DNA of 36,093 nucleotides from positions 1-36,093 of the forward strand of contig JAYZQJ010000086.1 of the NCBI GenBank assembly GCA_036149055.1, given 5' to 3'. A program made the position numbers and the translations under genes. Under the pieces are notes generated by a model. It did not search any database, was not told the DNA's origin, and saw only the letters and a list, made by a program, of their open reading frames with translations. The stretch is from Myxococcota bacterium (GTDB lineage Bacteria; Myxococcota_A; Polyangia; Polyangiales; Sandaracinaceae). Position 1 is the first letter of the stretch; each line of letters opens with the position of its first letter. This document shows positions 10,796 to 19,529 of the stretch, piece by piece.

Positions 10796-11617
10796 ATGGA
10801 GCTCTCGAAGCGACACGCAGTCATCACCGGCGCCTCGGCGGGCATCGGCGCCGCCCTCGCGAAGGCGCTCGCGGCCCGCGGCGCGCGGGTCACCCTGGTC
10901 GCCCGTCGCCGCGCCGCCCTCGAGTCGGTGGCGGCCGAGATCCACGCTCGCGGCGGCGCGGCCGATATCGTCGTCGCCGACCTCGTCGCCGATCCGACCG
11001 GGTGGCTGAGCGCGGTCGAGCGACCGATCGACGTGCTGGTGAACAACGCGGGCGTGCAGGTCATCGCGCCGACCGCGGAGGTGGACCCGGACGCGGGCGA
11101 GCGGTCGCTGGCCCTGAACCTCGGCACGCCGCTCCGCCTGATCCGGCGCCTGCTCCCGGGCATGCTCGCGCGCGGCGAAGGCACGATCGTCAACGTCGCC
11201 TCCGTGGCGTCGATCGCGCCGACCCCGGGCATGACCTACTACAACGCCGGCAAGTGCGGCCTCGCCGGCGCGTCCGAGGCGCTCCGCGGCGAGCTCCGCG
11301 CCACCGGCGTCCGGGTCCTCACCGTCTACCCCGGCCTGATCGACACCGACATGGCCACCGCCGGCTTCGCCGCCTACGAGTCCTCGCTCGCGCTGCGCGC
11401 CCAGCCGATCGGCCGCCCGGACGTGCTCGCCGCCCACGTCGTCCGCGCCGTCGAGCGCGACCGAGCCCGCGTCGTCTACCCGCGCTTCAACCTGCTCGCC
11501 CGCTGGTTTCCCAACGTCACCCGCTGGGTCCTGGACCGCCTCGCGCCCGCGGTCCGCGCGGCGCCCGAAGCTCACGGGAGCGTCCAGAGCGCCAGCTCGG
11601 TCTCGCCGTCCCCGTAG
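10796..11617 (+). CDS. Short-chain dehydrogenase/reductase
   Basis: TGASAGIG, NNAG and YNAGK (YxxxK) motifs; SD GGAGG upstream. Confidence 0.93.
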   Translation: MELSKRHAVITGASAGIGAALAKALAARGARVTLVARRRAALESVAAEIHARGGAADIVVADLVADPTGWLSAVERPIDVLVNNAGVQVIAPTAEVDPDAGERSLALNLGTPLRLIRRLLPGMLARGEGTIVNVASVASIAPTPGMTYYNAGKCGLAGASEALRGELRATGVRVLTVYPGLIDTDMATAGFAAYESSLALRAQPIGRPDVLAAHVVRAVERDRARVVYPRFNLLARWFPNVTRWVLDRLAPAVRAAPEAHGSVQSASSVSPSP

Positions 11618-11668
11618 CGCGCGGTCACCTGTGAGCCATCCCAGCGCTCGGGCGGGCCTCGCGGGGAC

Positions 11669-12214
11669 ATGGGCAGCGTGTCTCGCCCCCGGATGCGCCC
11701 GACCTTCGATCTGCGTCACCCGTCGCCCGAGGCGATCCTGGAGCGCCTCCGGCCGCTCGCCGACGCGCACCCTACGCTCTCGGGGGTGTTCTTCCGTCGG
11801 CACGCCGTCCTGCGGGTGCGAGACGAGGCGCGGCACTTCTGGTCGCCGCAGCTCGACCTGGAGGTGCGCCGGCCCGAGCCGGACGAAGACGACGAGGCGC
11901 CGCGGCTGCACGGGCGCTTCTCTCCGCACCCGCACGTCTGGACCCTGTTCATGGCGATCTACGGCGTGCTCGGCCTGCTCGGCCTGGCGGGGCTCATCGG
12001 GGGCCTCAGCCAGTGGACGCTGGGCATGACGCCGTGGGCGCTCCTCGGCGTGCCCGCCGCGCTGGCGCTCGGCGGGTTCGTCTACGGCGCGACCTTCATC
12101 GGTCAAGGGCTCGGCGCCGAGGAGATGTACGCCCTCCGCTCGCTGCTCGACGACGCCGCGGAGGAGGCCGGCGTCACGCCGGAGCGAACATCGCCGCGAG
12201 CATGTCCTGCATGA
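11669..12214 (+). CDS. Hypothetical membrane protein (two TM segments)
   Basis: HFWSPQLDLEV...GRFSPHPHVWTLFMAIY followed by two hydrophobic segments. Confidence 0.7.
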   Translation: MGSVSRPRMRPTFDLRHPSPEAILERLRPLADAHPTLSGVFFRRHAVLRVRDEARHFWSPQLDLEVRRPEPDEDDEAPRLHGRFSPHPHVWTLFMAIYGVLGLLGLAGLIGGLSQWTLGMTPWALLGVPAALALGGFVYGATFIGQGLGAEEMYALRSLLDDAAEEAGVTPERTSPRACPA

Positions 12215-13562
12215 TGAGGTTGCTCAGGCGCTGATCGGTCAGGACGTTCATGTTCTCGCCGCCGAGCGCGCGGCTGTAGCGGTCGAGGTAGACGAGCTGC
12301 TTGGTCACGAGCACGAGGTCGCGGGGCATGCGCAGCTGATGCTTCCGGCCGACGCGCATCATGTTCGGGATCAGCTCCTTCATCTTGCGGCCGTCGACGA
12401 GCGGCGCGTAGGCCTCGGTGAGGTCGCCGACGAACTCCTCGAAGTCGAGCTTCGACTCGTCGGTCACGCCCATCGCCAGCATCGCCCGGCCGACCCGCGC
12501 GAAGTCGCGGTCCTGGAAGCCGAGCACGTACTCGAGCACGTTCTTCTTCTGCGCCTCGGTGAAGGTGCCGACGATGCCGAAGTCGAGGTAGCCGATGCGC
12601 CCGTCCTTCAGGAGGAGGAAGTTCCCGGCGTGCACGTCGCCGTGGAAGAAGCCCTTGCAGATGAGGGTCTGGAACCAGGCGCGGATCCCGGTGAGCAGGC
12701 GCTCCTCGGCGTCGAACTCGCTCGCGAGGATCGACTCGGTGTCGTCGAGGCGCCAGCCGTCGAAGCGCTCCATGGTCAGCACGCGCGGGCCGCTGAGCTC
12801 GTCCTCGATGCGCGGCGCGGCGACGCTGTCGGTCCCCATCGCGCGCATCACCGCGTTGAACTCCCGCATGCGCTCGGCTTCGTTCCGGAAGTCGAGCTCC
12901 TCCACGAGGTTGGACTCGAAGTCCTCGATGACCGCGAGCGCGTTCGCCCGGCGCGCGTGCAGGCTGATCCGGTGGCCGACCCGGGCGAAGATGCGCATCA
13001 GGGCGATGTCCGCCGCCGCGAGGTCGCCGATGCCGGGGCGCTGCACCTTGACGACGACCTCCTCGCCGTCGTCGAGCACGGCCACGTGCACCTGCGCGAT
13101 GCTGGCGGCCGCGATCGGGGCGCGCTCGATGCGCGCGAACCGCGCCGCGCCGCCGTCGAGCTCCTCTTCGAGGGTGCGCTCGACCTCGTCGTAGGAGAAC
13201 GGCGGCACCCGGTCGAGGAGCTTGCGGAACTCCTCGCTGTAGCGCTCGGGGAAGAGCGCCTCGCCCGACGCGACGAGCTGGCCGAGCTTCACGTAGGTCG
13301 GCCCGAGCACCTCGAACGCGCGCCGGAAGGCGACCGGGCCGGTCAGCCGCTCGTAGCGCGCCCGCTGGCCGGTCAGCGCGAAGGCCAGCCAGCGCAGGCC
13401 GACGAGGTCGAAGAGGCGCAGGGCCACGAACCACACGAAGACCGCGCTCACGAGCGCGGCGCGCGAGAGCATGCGCCACGTGGACACCTCCGGCAGGCCC
13501 TTCGCCATCGTCTCTGCCTCCTCCTCGGCGCCCGCCGGCGCGATCCCGACCATCGTCGTCAT
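12174..13562 (-). CDS. ABC1/AarF/UbiB-family atypical kinase
   Basis: LGPTYVKLGQ, AAASIAQVH, VVKVQRPG, ELDFRNEA, FFHGDVHAGN, LDFGIVG. Confidence 0.93.
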   Translation of the reverse strand: MTTMVGIAPAGAEEEAETMAKGLPEVSTWRMLSRAALVSAVFVWFVALRLFDLVGLRWLAFALTGQRARYERLTGPVAFRRAFEVLGPTYVKLGQLVASGEALFPERYSEEFRKLLDRVPPFSYDEVERTLEEELDGGAARFARIERAPIAAASIAQVHVAVLDDGEEVVVKVQRPGIGDLAAADIALMRIFARVGHRISLHARRANALAVIEDFESNLVEELDFRNEAERMREFNAVMRAMGTDSVAAPRIEDELSGPRVLTMERFDGWRLDDTESILASEFDAEERLLTGIRAWFQTLICKGFFHGDVHAGNFLLLKDGRIGYLDFGIVGTFTEAQKKNVLEYVLGFQDRDFARVGRAMLAMGVTDESKLDFEEFVGDLTEAYAPLVDGRKMKELIPNMMRVGRKHQLRMPRDLVLVTKQLVYLDRYSRALGGENMNVLTDQRLSNLIMQDMLAAMFAPA

Positions 13563-13602
13563 GCTCGTCCCCTACTCCGCTCGCCAGGCCTCCATTTCAG
13601 CT

Positions 13603-13622
13603 CACATACGGTCTCGTATGCG
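13603..13622. promoter_or_regulatory. Imperfect palindrome, candidate TetR operator 1
   Basis: CACATACGGTCTCGTATGCG, similar to the perfect site at 13668. Confidence 0.7.
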
Positions 13623-13667
13623 GTTTCCGCCCGGGATCCGTCGGGCGAGCTGGCCTGGCTGAGATTT

Positions 13668-13687
13668 CACATACGAGCTCGTATGTG
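13668..13687. promoter_or_regulatory. Perfect 20-bp palindrome, candidate TetR operator 2
   Basis: CACATACGAG-CTCGTATGTG in the divergent ABC1/TetR intergenic region. Confidence 0.8.
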
Positions 13688-13724
13688 GCCTTGATGTGAG
13701 CCCTCCGGCCCCGTAAGTCAAGGC

Positions 13725-14327
13725 GTGGCCACGACGAAGACCGCGCGCGCCGAGGCGGCGGAGAAGACCCGCGAGCGCCTGATCGACGCCGCGACCGAGC
13801 TCTTCGCCCGGGAGGGGCTCGGCGGGCCGAGCCTGGACGCGATCTGCAAGCACGCCGGGTTCACCCGGGGCGCGTTCTACGTGCACTTCCAGAGCCGCGA
13901 CGACCTGATCGTCGCCGTGGTCGAGAAGATCATGGGCGGCTTCATCGACGCCATCCTGGTGGCCGGCGAGGCGGGCGCGGACCTGGCGACGATCGTGCGC
14001 ACCTTCGCCATCGCGGTGAAGACCGGCGCCTTCCCGTTCCGGGGCGAGGTCCGGCCCCACCAGGTCCTCGAGGCGTGCGCGCGCTCCCCGCAGCTCCACG
14101 CGACCTACCTCTCGCTGATCGAGGAGGCCCGCCGCCGGCTCGTGATCATCGTGCGCGACGGTCAGGAGACGGGCGCGGTGCGCACCGACCTGGACGCCGA
14201 CGCGGTGGCGCAGCTGCTGCTGGCGCTCGTGCTCGGCACCGAGATCGCGACCGAGCTCGGCGTGCCCCACGACGCCTCCGCGGTGGCGGAGAACGTCTTG
14301 CGGATGATCAGTCCGTCACCGGCTTGA
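13725..14327 (+). CDS. TetR/AcrR-family transcriptional regulator
   Basis: RERLIDAATELFAREG...SLDAICKHAGFTRGAFYVHFQSRDDL HTH. Confidence 0.93.
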   Translation: MATTKTARAEAAEKTRERLIDAATELFAREGLGGPSLDAICKHAGFTRGAFYVHFQSRDDLIVAVVEKIMGGFIDAILVAGEAGADLATIVRTFAIAVKTGAFPFRGEVRPHQVLEACARSPQLHATYLSLIEEARRRLVIIVRDGQETGAVRTDLDADAVAQLLLALVLGTEIATELGVPHDASAVAENVLRMISPSPA

Positions 14328-15963
14328 CGAAGCGCTCGAGGATCGTCTTGGTCCCGAACGTCTTGAACTCGATCGTCAGCTTCCGCTCCTCGCCCTCGCC
14401 CTCGTGGCTGACGACGTCGCCCACGCCGTACTTGGCGTGCCGCACGCGCGCCGGCGGCGGCACCGAGGGGTGGCGGAAGACCACGCTCCCCTGACTCCCG
14501 CGCGCGAGCGAGGCGACGAGCTTCTCGACGAACTTCGGCTCGAAGACGTCCTGGTGCACGTCGAGCCGGCTCGCGAGGTACTCGCGCTGGCCGTCGTCGA
14601 GGCCCTCGGCGTGCGCCTCGAGCAGGTCGGCGTCCTTCTCCTCGAGCGCGATGTCGATGATCACGCGGTGGAGCCGCCGCTGGGCGAGCCGCTGCATGAT
14701 CTTCTCGCGGAGCGCGGGCCAGGCCTTCTCCGGCGCGTGCTCGCGCAGCTCGCCGTAGGTCGAGAGCCCCGTGCGCTTGTGGAACCGACGCTCGAGCACC
14801 GCGAGCGCCTCTTCGTCGCGGTCGAGATCGCTCAGGCGCTGCGCGAGCCAGTGATCGCAGCTCGACTCCAGGCTGTCCTTGGTGACCACCTGCATGATCG
14901 CGATCGCCGCGTCGGTCTCGCCGGCCGCGTCGAGCATCTTCGCGATGTCGAGCGCCTCGAGGTGGCCGGGGCCGCCCTCCCCGCGCACCGCCTCGAGGGC
15001 CGCCTCCGCGGCCTCCCCGCTCCGCCCGACCTCGAGCAGCACCTCGACGAGCGTGTGGGTCGCGCCGAGGTCGCGGGCGAGCGAGACGTAGCGCTCCTCG
15101 TCGATGAGCCCCTTGCCGAAGTGGAGCATCGCGAACGCGTAGCGCATCGTGGTCCGGGCGCGCTCGTGCTTCTCCTCGAGGGCGGCGAGCAGCGCCTTGC
15201 GCGCCCGCTCGGTCATCGCCTCGGGATCGAAGTCGATGATGCGCACCGCGCCGGAGCGCTCCGCGAGCATCCACTCGCGCGTCTCGCGGTACTCGGGGTC
15301 GTCGTCGGGCGCCGCTTGCCAGGCGCGGAGCAGCGCGTGGCGCAGGGTGCGCTGGAGGGGCGCGAGCGCGGCCTCCCCCTCCTCGCTCACCGCGCGGACC
15401 GCCTTCTCGTAGCGGGAGAGCACCGCGCGGCAGGCGCGCATGACCGCGCCGGTGAGGCCGTCCTTCTCGCAGCGGTCGATCGCCCGGACCGAAGCCCAGA
15501 GCGCGTCGGCGAACGCGATGCCGTCGTCGAGCGGGAGGCGCTCGTCGATCTGCGCCTCGAGCGCCTCGAGGTCCGCCGGCGGGGGCAGGTCCATGGGCGC
15601 GTCCGGGATCGCGATCGCCGCGCGATCGGCCTCGCTCAGCGCGTCGAGCGCGAGGCCGTCCGGCGCCTCCCGCACCAGCACGTGCAGGCACCAGCGGGAC
15701 CACACGCGGGTCTGCAGCCGATGATAGCTGCCGTCGTCTTCGCCCTCGTCCGCCGCGTCGGGGTCGACCGCGCGCAGCACCACGTGGGCCAGCCGCGCCG
15801 CGTCGTCCGCGTGCCCGTCGAGCGCGCGGGCGCGCGCCACGTGGGCGAGCGCTCTCATCGCGTCCTCGGTGCCGCCGTCGCGGAGCGTCTCCGCCGCCAC
15901 GTCGTCGAGCCCACTCCATTCGCGCTCCTCGAAGCGCTTCCCCACCGCGTCGATGCTCAGCAA
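14308..15963 (-). CDS. Alpha-helical protein with C-terminal PcrA/UvrD-type Tudor-like domain
   Basis: C-terminus RVRHAKYGVGDVVSHEGEGEERKLTIEFKTFGTKTILERF resembles the PcrA/UvrD CTD (V.H.KFG.G.V....G.G....L.I.F...G.K.L...F). TTG 15963 chosen because GGAGG and TACGCT lie upstream; the ORF is open to 16062. Confidence 0.75.
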   Translation of the reverse strand: MLSIDAVGKRFEEREWSGLDDVAAETLRDGGTEDAMRALAHVARARALDGHADDAARLAHVVLRAVDPDAADEGEDDGSYHRLQTRVWSRWCLHVLVREAPDGLALDALSEADRAAIAIPDAPMDLPPPADLEALEAQIDERLPLDDGIAFADALWASVRAIDRCEKDGLTGAVMRACRAVLSRYEKAVRAVSEEGEAALAPLQRTLRHALLRAWQAAPDDDPEYRETREWMLAERSGAVRIIDFDPEAMTERARKALLAALEEKHERARTTMRYAFAMLHFGKGLIDEERYVSLARDLGATHTLVEVLLEVGRSGEAAEAALEAVRGEGGPGHLEALDIAKMLDAAGETDAAIAIMQVVTKDSLESSCDHWLAQRLSDLDRDEEALAVLERRFHKRTGLSTYGELREHAPEKAWPALREKIMQRLAQRRLHRVIIDIALEEKDADLLEAHAEGLDDGQREYLASRLDVHQDVFEPKFVEKLVASLARGSQGSVVFRHPSVPPPARVRHAKYGVGDVVSHEGEGEERKLTIEFKTFGTKTILERFVKPVTD

Positions 15964-16073
15964 AGACCTCGCCTCCGCGGTAGAGCGTATCGCGAGCCAC
16001 GCCGTTCGCGCGAGCCCCGCGATCTCCTCGCCGCCCGGGCAGGTCGCGAGGCGGCGTGGCATGATGCGCGCTC

Positions 16074-17039
16074 GTGCCCGTCGTCGTCCGGCTGCTGCAC
16101 CTCGCCCGCCCGAAGGGGGCCTGGTTGATCGGGTGTCTCCCTCTGTTCGGCTTCGGCTACGGGCTCTGGGAGCGAGGCTCCACGGTGCACCCGTGGGTGG
16201 TGGCGCCGACGATCGCGCTGCTCTTCACCGCGTGGCTGCTCGGGCACGCGGGCTCGCTCTGGCTCAACGCGGTGCTCGACCGGGACGGTGGCGCGGTGCT
16301 GCTCGGGCGCGCGGTCCCGGTCCCCGCCATCGCCGGGCCCGCGGGCTACCTCGCGCTCGGCCTGTCCGTCGCGACCGCGGGCGCGCTCGGGCCGGTCGTC
16401 GGCGGCTGCTCGCTGGCGTGCGCCGCGCTGGCCATCCTCTACTCGCACCCGAAGGTGGCCTGGAAGGGCAGCGCGCTCGGCGGCCCCTTCGTCAACGCGG
16501 TGGGCTACGGCGTGCTCTCGCCGCTCGCCGGGTGGTGGGCGTCGGAGGCGCCGCTGACCTGGCGCGCCGTCGTGACCCTGGCGCTCACCGTCAGCTTCAT
16601 GCTCGGCCTGTACTTCGCGGCGCAGGCGTTCCAGGGCGCCGAGGATCGCGAGCGCGGCTACCGCACGCTGGTGGTGACCCACGGCCCGCGCTGGACCCTG
16701 AGAGTGGCGCGCCTCCTGATCGGGGTCGCCGTCGTCGCGCTGCTCACCCTCTCCGCGCTCGGCGTGTATCCCCGCGCGCTGCTCGTGAGCCTGCCCGCCT
16801 GGATCTGGACCCACCGTCACCTCGCGCGCTGGGCCGCGCTCCCGAGCGGGGGCACCGGCCGGCACGCGGGGCAGCTGGTCGGCCGGCTCTCGGTCGGCGT
16901 GCTGCTGGTGCTCTTCGCGGTCTACGCGGCGCACTTCGGCGGCATGGCGCTCGGCGCGCCCCCCGGCGGCTGCGGGACCGCGATCGTGCCCGACGCGGCC
17001 GGGTGTCGAATCGCCAGCTCGGGTCACGCGCCCGGATAG
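16074..17039 (+). CDS. UbiA-superfamily prenyltransferase-like membrane protein
   Basis: LARPK start, NAVLDRD, ILYSHP and QAFQGAEDRERGYRT motifs; many TM segments. Confidence 0.75.
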   Translation: MPVVVRLLHLARPKGAWLIGCLPLFGFGYGLWERGSTVHPWVVAPTIALLFTAWLLGHAGSLWLNAVLDRDGGAVLLGRAVPVPAIAGPAGYLALGLSVATAGALGPVVGGCSLACAALAILYSHPKVAWKGSALGGPFVNAVGYGVLSPLAGWWASEAPLTWRAVVTLALTVSFMLGLYFAAQAFQGAEDRERGYRTLVVTHGPRWTLRVARLLIGVAVVALLTLSALGVYPRALLVSLPAWIWTHRHLARWAALPSGGTGRHAGQLVGRLSVGVLLVLFAVYAAHFGGMALGAPPGGCGTAIVPDAAGCRIASSGHAPG

Positions 17040-17168
17040 GGTGAAAAGCTGCACGTGAACGGGCCGCGACACGCACACCGTGAACCGTGCGTGTGCGGCG
17101 CGCAGGGCGCACACGCCTCGGCGTGACGAAACGCGACGATGGACACGCGCGCAGGGCCCTTCGGCGCC

Positions 17169-17183
17169 TGGCACGGGGGCTGC
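17169..17183 (+). promoter_or_regulatory. Candidate sigma54 (-24/-12) promoter
   Basis: TGGCACGGGGGCTGC has GG-N10-GC spacing and a TGGCACG consensus half; lies 28 nt before ATG 17212. Confidence 0.55.
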
Positions 17184-17211
17184 GACGGGGTTGGGCATGC
17201 GACTCCAGACG

Positions 17212-17751
17212 ATGAACGCGCTGCTCCTCGGGCTCACCCTCGCCGTGGGGTGCGGCGGCTCGGCCGCGAACGCACGTACGACCCCGGATGGGGACCCCGG
17301 CCCGCGGCGCGCCGCCTTCGACGAGACCGACGTCGATCGGGACGCGATGGTGAACGCGACGGAGTTCTATGGCGCCATCGAGGGCTTCTACGACGACTTC
17401 GACGCCAACCAGGACGGTCGCCTCGACCACGCCGAGACGGCGAACGGGCTCTACGAGGCCTGGGACCTGAACCGCGACGGCGCGGTGGACGAGTCCGAGC
17501 TCGGGCGCGCGGTCGTCGCGTGGTTCCCCGAGAGCATGGACGTCCGCTTCGATCGCTGGGACGAGAACAACGACGGCGAGCTCGACCGCGCCGAGCTGCA
17601 CCACGGCCTCGAGCGGACCCGGGTCTTCGCCCACTACGACGGCGACGCCGACGGCTCGGTGACCGACCTCGAGCTCAGCGACGCGCTCTTCACCTACTGG
17701 GACGTCGACGGCGACGACGCGCTCGACGCCCTCGAGTGGCGCTTCGACTGA
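17212..17751 (+). CDS. EF-hand (DxDxDG) calcium-binding lipoprotein
   Basis: Lipobox LAVGC; six loops DVDRDAMV, DANQDGRL, DLNRDGAV, DENNDGEL, DGDADGSV and DVDGDDAL. Alternative start 17197. Confidence 0.82.
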   Translation: MNALLLGLTLAVGCGGSAANARTTPDGDPGPRRAAFDETDVDRDAMVNATEFYGAIEGFYDDFDANQDGRLDHAETANGLYEAWDLNRDGAVDESELGRAVVAWFPESMDVRFDRWDENNDGELDRAELHHGLERTRVFAHYDGDADGSVTDLELSDALFTYWDVDGDDALDALEWRFD

Positions 17752-17760
17752 TCGCCTGGA

Positions 17761-18231
17761 GTGAGAGATCCCGTTGTCGACAGCGACGACGGATCTAGCT
17801 TCTCCGGGCGGAGGACGATCTTGAGCGCGCAGCAGGCAGAGAACGAAGGCGGGGCGCGCCCGACCCGAAGCAGCCCCATCCGTGTCCTGATCATCGACGA
17901 CGACTGGGACACCCTCGAGATGCTCTCTCTCACGCTCCGCAAACGCGGCATGGACGTCATGACCGCGAAGGACGGGCTGAAGGGGATCGAGGAGTCCAGG
18001 CGAGCCCGCTTCGACGTGGCCATCGTCGACCTCGGCCTCCCCCACCTGCACGGCCACCGGCTCGGCGAGACGCTGCGCACGAACGGCGACCGGCCGCGGC
18101 TGATCGCGCTCACCGGCGACGGCCGCGCGGAGGCCCGGGCGGAGTCGGAGCGCATCGGCTTCGACGCGCACTTCGTGAAGCCCGCGCCGATGACCGAGCT
18201 GATCGACCTGATCGAGCGCCTCGCGCTCTGA
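17761..18231 (+). CDS. Single-domain response regulator (receiver)
   Basis: VLIIDDD, AIVDLGLP (phospho-Asp), ALTG and FVKP motifs. Start uncertain (17761 or 17821). Confidence 0.85.
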   Translation: MRDPVVDSDDGSSFSGRRTILSAQQAENEGGARPTRSSPIRVLIIDDDWDTLEMLSLTLRKRGMDVMTAKDGLKGIEESRRARFDVAIVDLGLPHLHGHRLGETLRTNGDRPRLIALTGDGRAEARAESERIGFDAHFVKPAPMTELIDLIERLAL

Positions 18232-18235
18232 TCGA

Positions 18236-18269
18236 GACACTGGACAGGCGAGCAGTGTCCGGCTAACTT
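18236..18269 (+). promoter_or_regulatory. sigma70-like promoter (TGGACA-N17-TAACTT) overlapped by an inverted repeat GACACTG-N10-CAGTGTC (LexA-box-like)
   Basis: -35 at 18241-18246; -10 at 18264-18269; CTG-N10-CAG core at 18240-18255. Confidence 0.6.
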
Positions 18270-18299
18270 CTGCCCCGGGGAGTGGGCGGAACGGGACGG

Positions 18300-19529
18300 A
18301 TGAAGCTCGCCCGCAAGCTGAGGGTCCTCGCGGACGCCGCCAAGTACGACGCGAGCTGCGCGAGCAGCGGCGCCAAGGGGCGCGCCTCGGGCCCGGGGCT
18401 CGGCAACACGTCGAACGGGATCTGTCACTCCTACACGCCCGACGGCCGGTGCGTGTCGCTGCTCAAGATCCTGCTCACGAACTACTGCGTCTTCGACTGC
18501 CTGTACTGCGTCAACCGCAGCTCGAGCGACGTCGAGAGGGCCCGCTTCACGCCCGCCGAGGTCGTGCACCTCACGATCGAGATGTACCGGCGCAACTACA
18601 TCGAGGGGCTCTTCCTCTCGAGCGGGGTGCTGAAGAGCCCGGACCACACGATGGCGGAGATGATCGAGGTCGCGCGCACCCTGCGGGTCGAGCGCGGCTT
18701 CGGCGGCTACATCCACCTCAAGACGGTGGCCGGCGCCTCCGACGCCGCGATCGCGGAGGCGGGGCGGTGGGCCGACCGGATCAGCTGCAACGTGGAGCTG
18801 CCGACGCGCGCCGACCTGGCGAAGCTCGCGCCCGAGAAGCGCGCCTCCGAGATCGACCGGGCGATGGCCGTGACGAAGACCCGGATCGACGAAGCGCGGG
18901 ACCGCGGCGCGCGGCGCTTCGCGCCGGCCGGGCAGAGCACGCAGATGATCGTCGGCGCCACCCCCACCCGGGACGTCGACGTGCTGAAGACCGCCGACGA
19001 TCTCTACGGCCGGCATCGCCTGCGCCGCGTCTACTACTCCGCCTACAGCCCGACCCCGCACGCCGACGGCGCCCTGCCGGTGGCCCGCCCCTCCCTCGTC
19101 CGCGAGCATCGGCTCTATCAGGCCGACTGGCTGCTGCGCTTCTACGGCTTCTCGGTCGACGAGCTGGTGGACGAGCGACGGCCCGACCTGCCGGACGACG
19201 TCGACCCGAAGCTCGCGTGGGCGCTGCGCAACCGGGCGCTGTTCCCGATCGACCCGATGCGGGCCGACCGGGAGACCCTCCTGCGCGTGCCGGGCCTCGG
19301 GACCCGCGGCGTGGACGCCATCCTGTCGGCGCGGCGACACCGCCGCCTCACCCTCGACGACCTGCGACGGCTGCGCGTCTCGGTGCGCAAGGTCCGGCCC
19401 TTCCTGGACCTCCCGGGCTCGGACGCGGCGCGATGGCTGGACCGGCTCGACCTCGACGCCCGGGTCACCGCGCCGCAGCAGCTCGAGCTCTTCTCCGCCC
19501 GGGCGAGCGCGCGGGACGGCCAGCTCTGA
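18300..19529 (+). CDS. Putative DNA modification/repair radical SAM protein (TIGR03916-type)
   Basis: KLRVLADAAKYDASCASSG, GICHSYTPDGRCVSLLKILLTNYCVFDCLYC (CxxxCxxC), REHRLYQADWLLRFYGF and C-terminal HhH LLRVPGLG. Confidence 0.95.
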   Translation: MKLARKLRVLADAAKYDASCASSGAKGRASGPGLGNTSNGICHSYTPDGRCVSLLKILLTNYCVFDCLYCVNRSSSDVERARFTPAEVVHLTIEMYRRNYIEGLFLSSGVLKSPDHTMAEMIEVARTLRVERGFGGYIHLKTVAGASDAAIAEAGRWADRISCNVELPTRADLAKLAPEKRASEIDRAMAVTKTRIDEARDRGARRFAPAGQSTQMIVGATPTRDVDVLKTADDLYGRHRLRRVYYSAYSPTPHADGALPVARPSLVREHRLYQADWLLRFYGFSVDELVDERRPDLPDDVDPKLAWALRNRALFPIDPMRADRETLLRVPGLGTRGVDAILSARRHRRLTLDDLRRLRVSVRKVRPFLDLPGSDAARWLDRLDLDARVTAPQQLELFSARASARDGQL

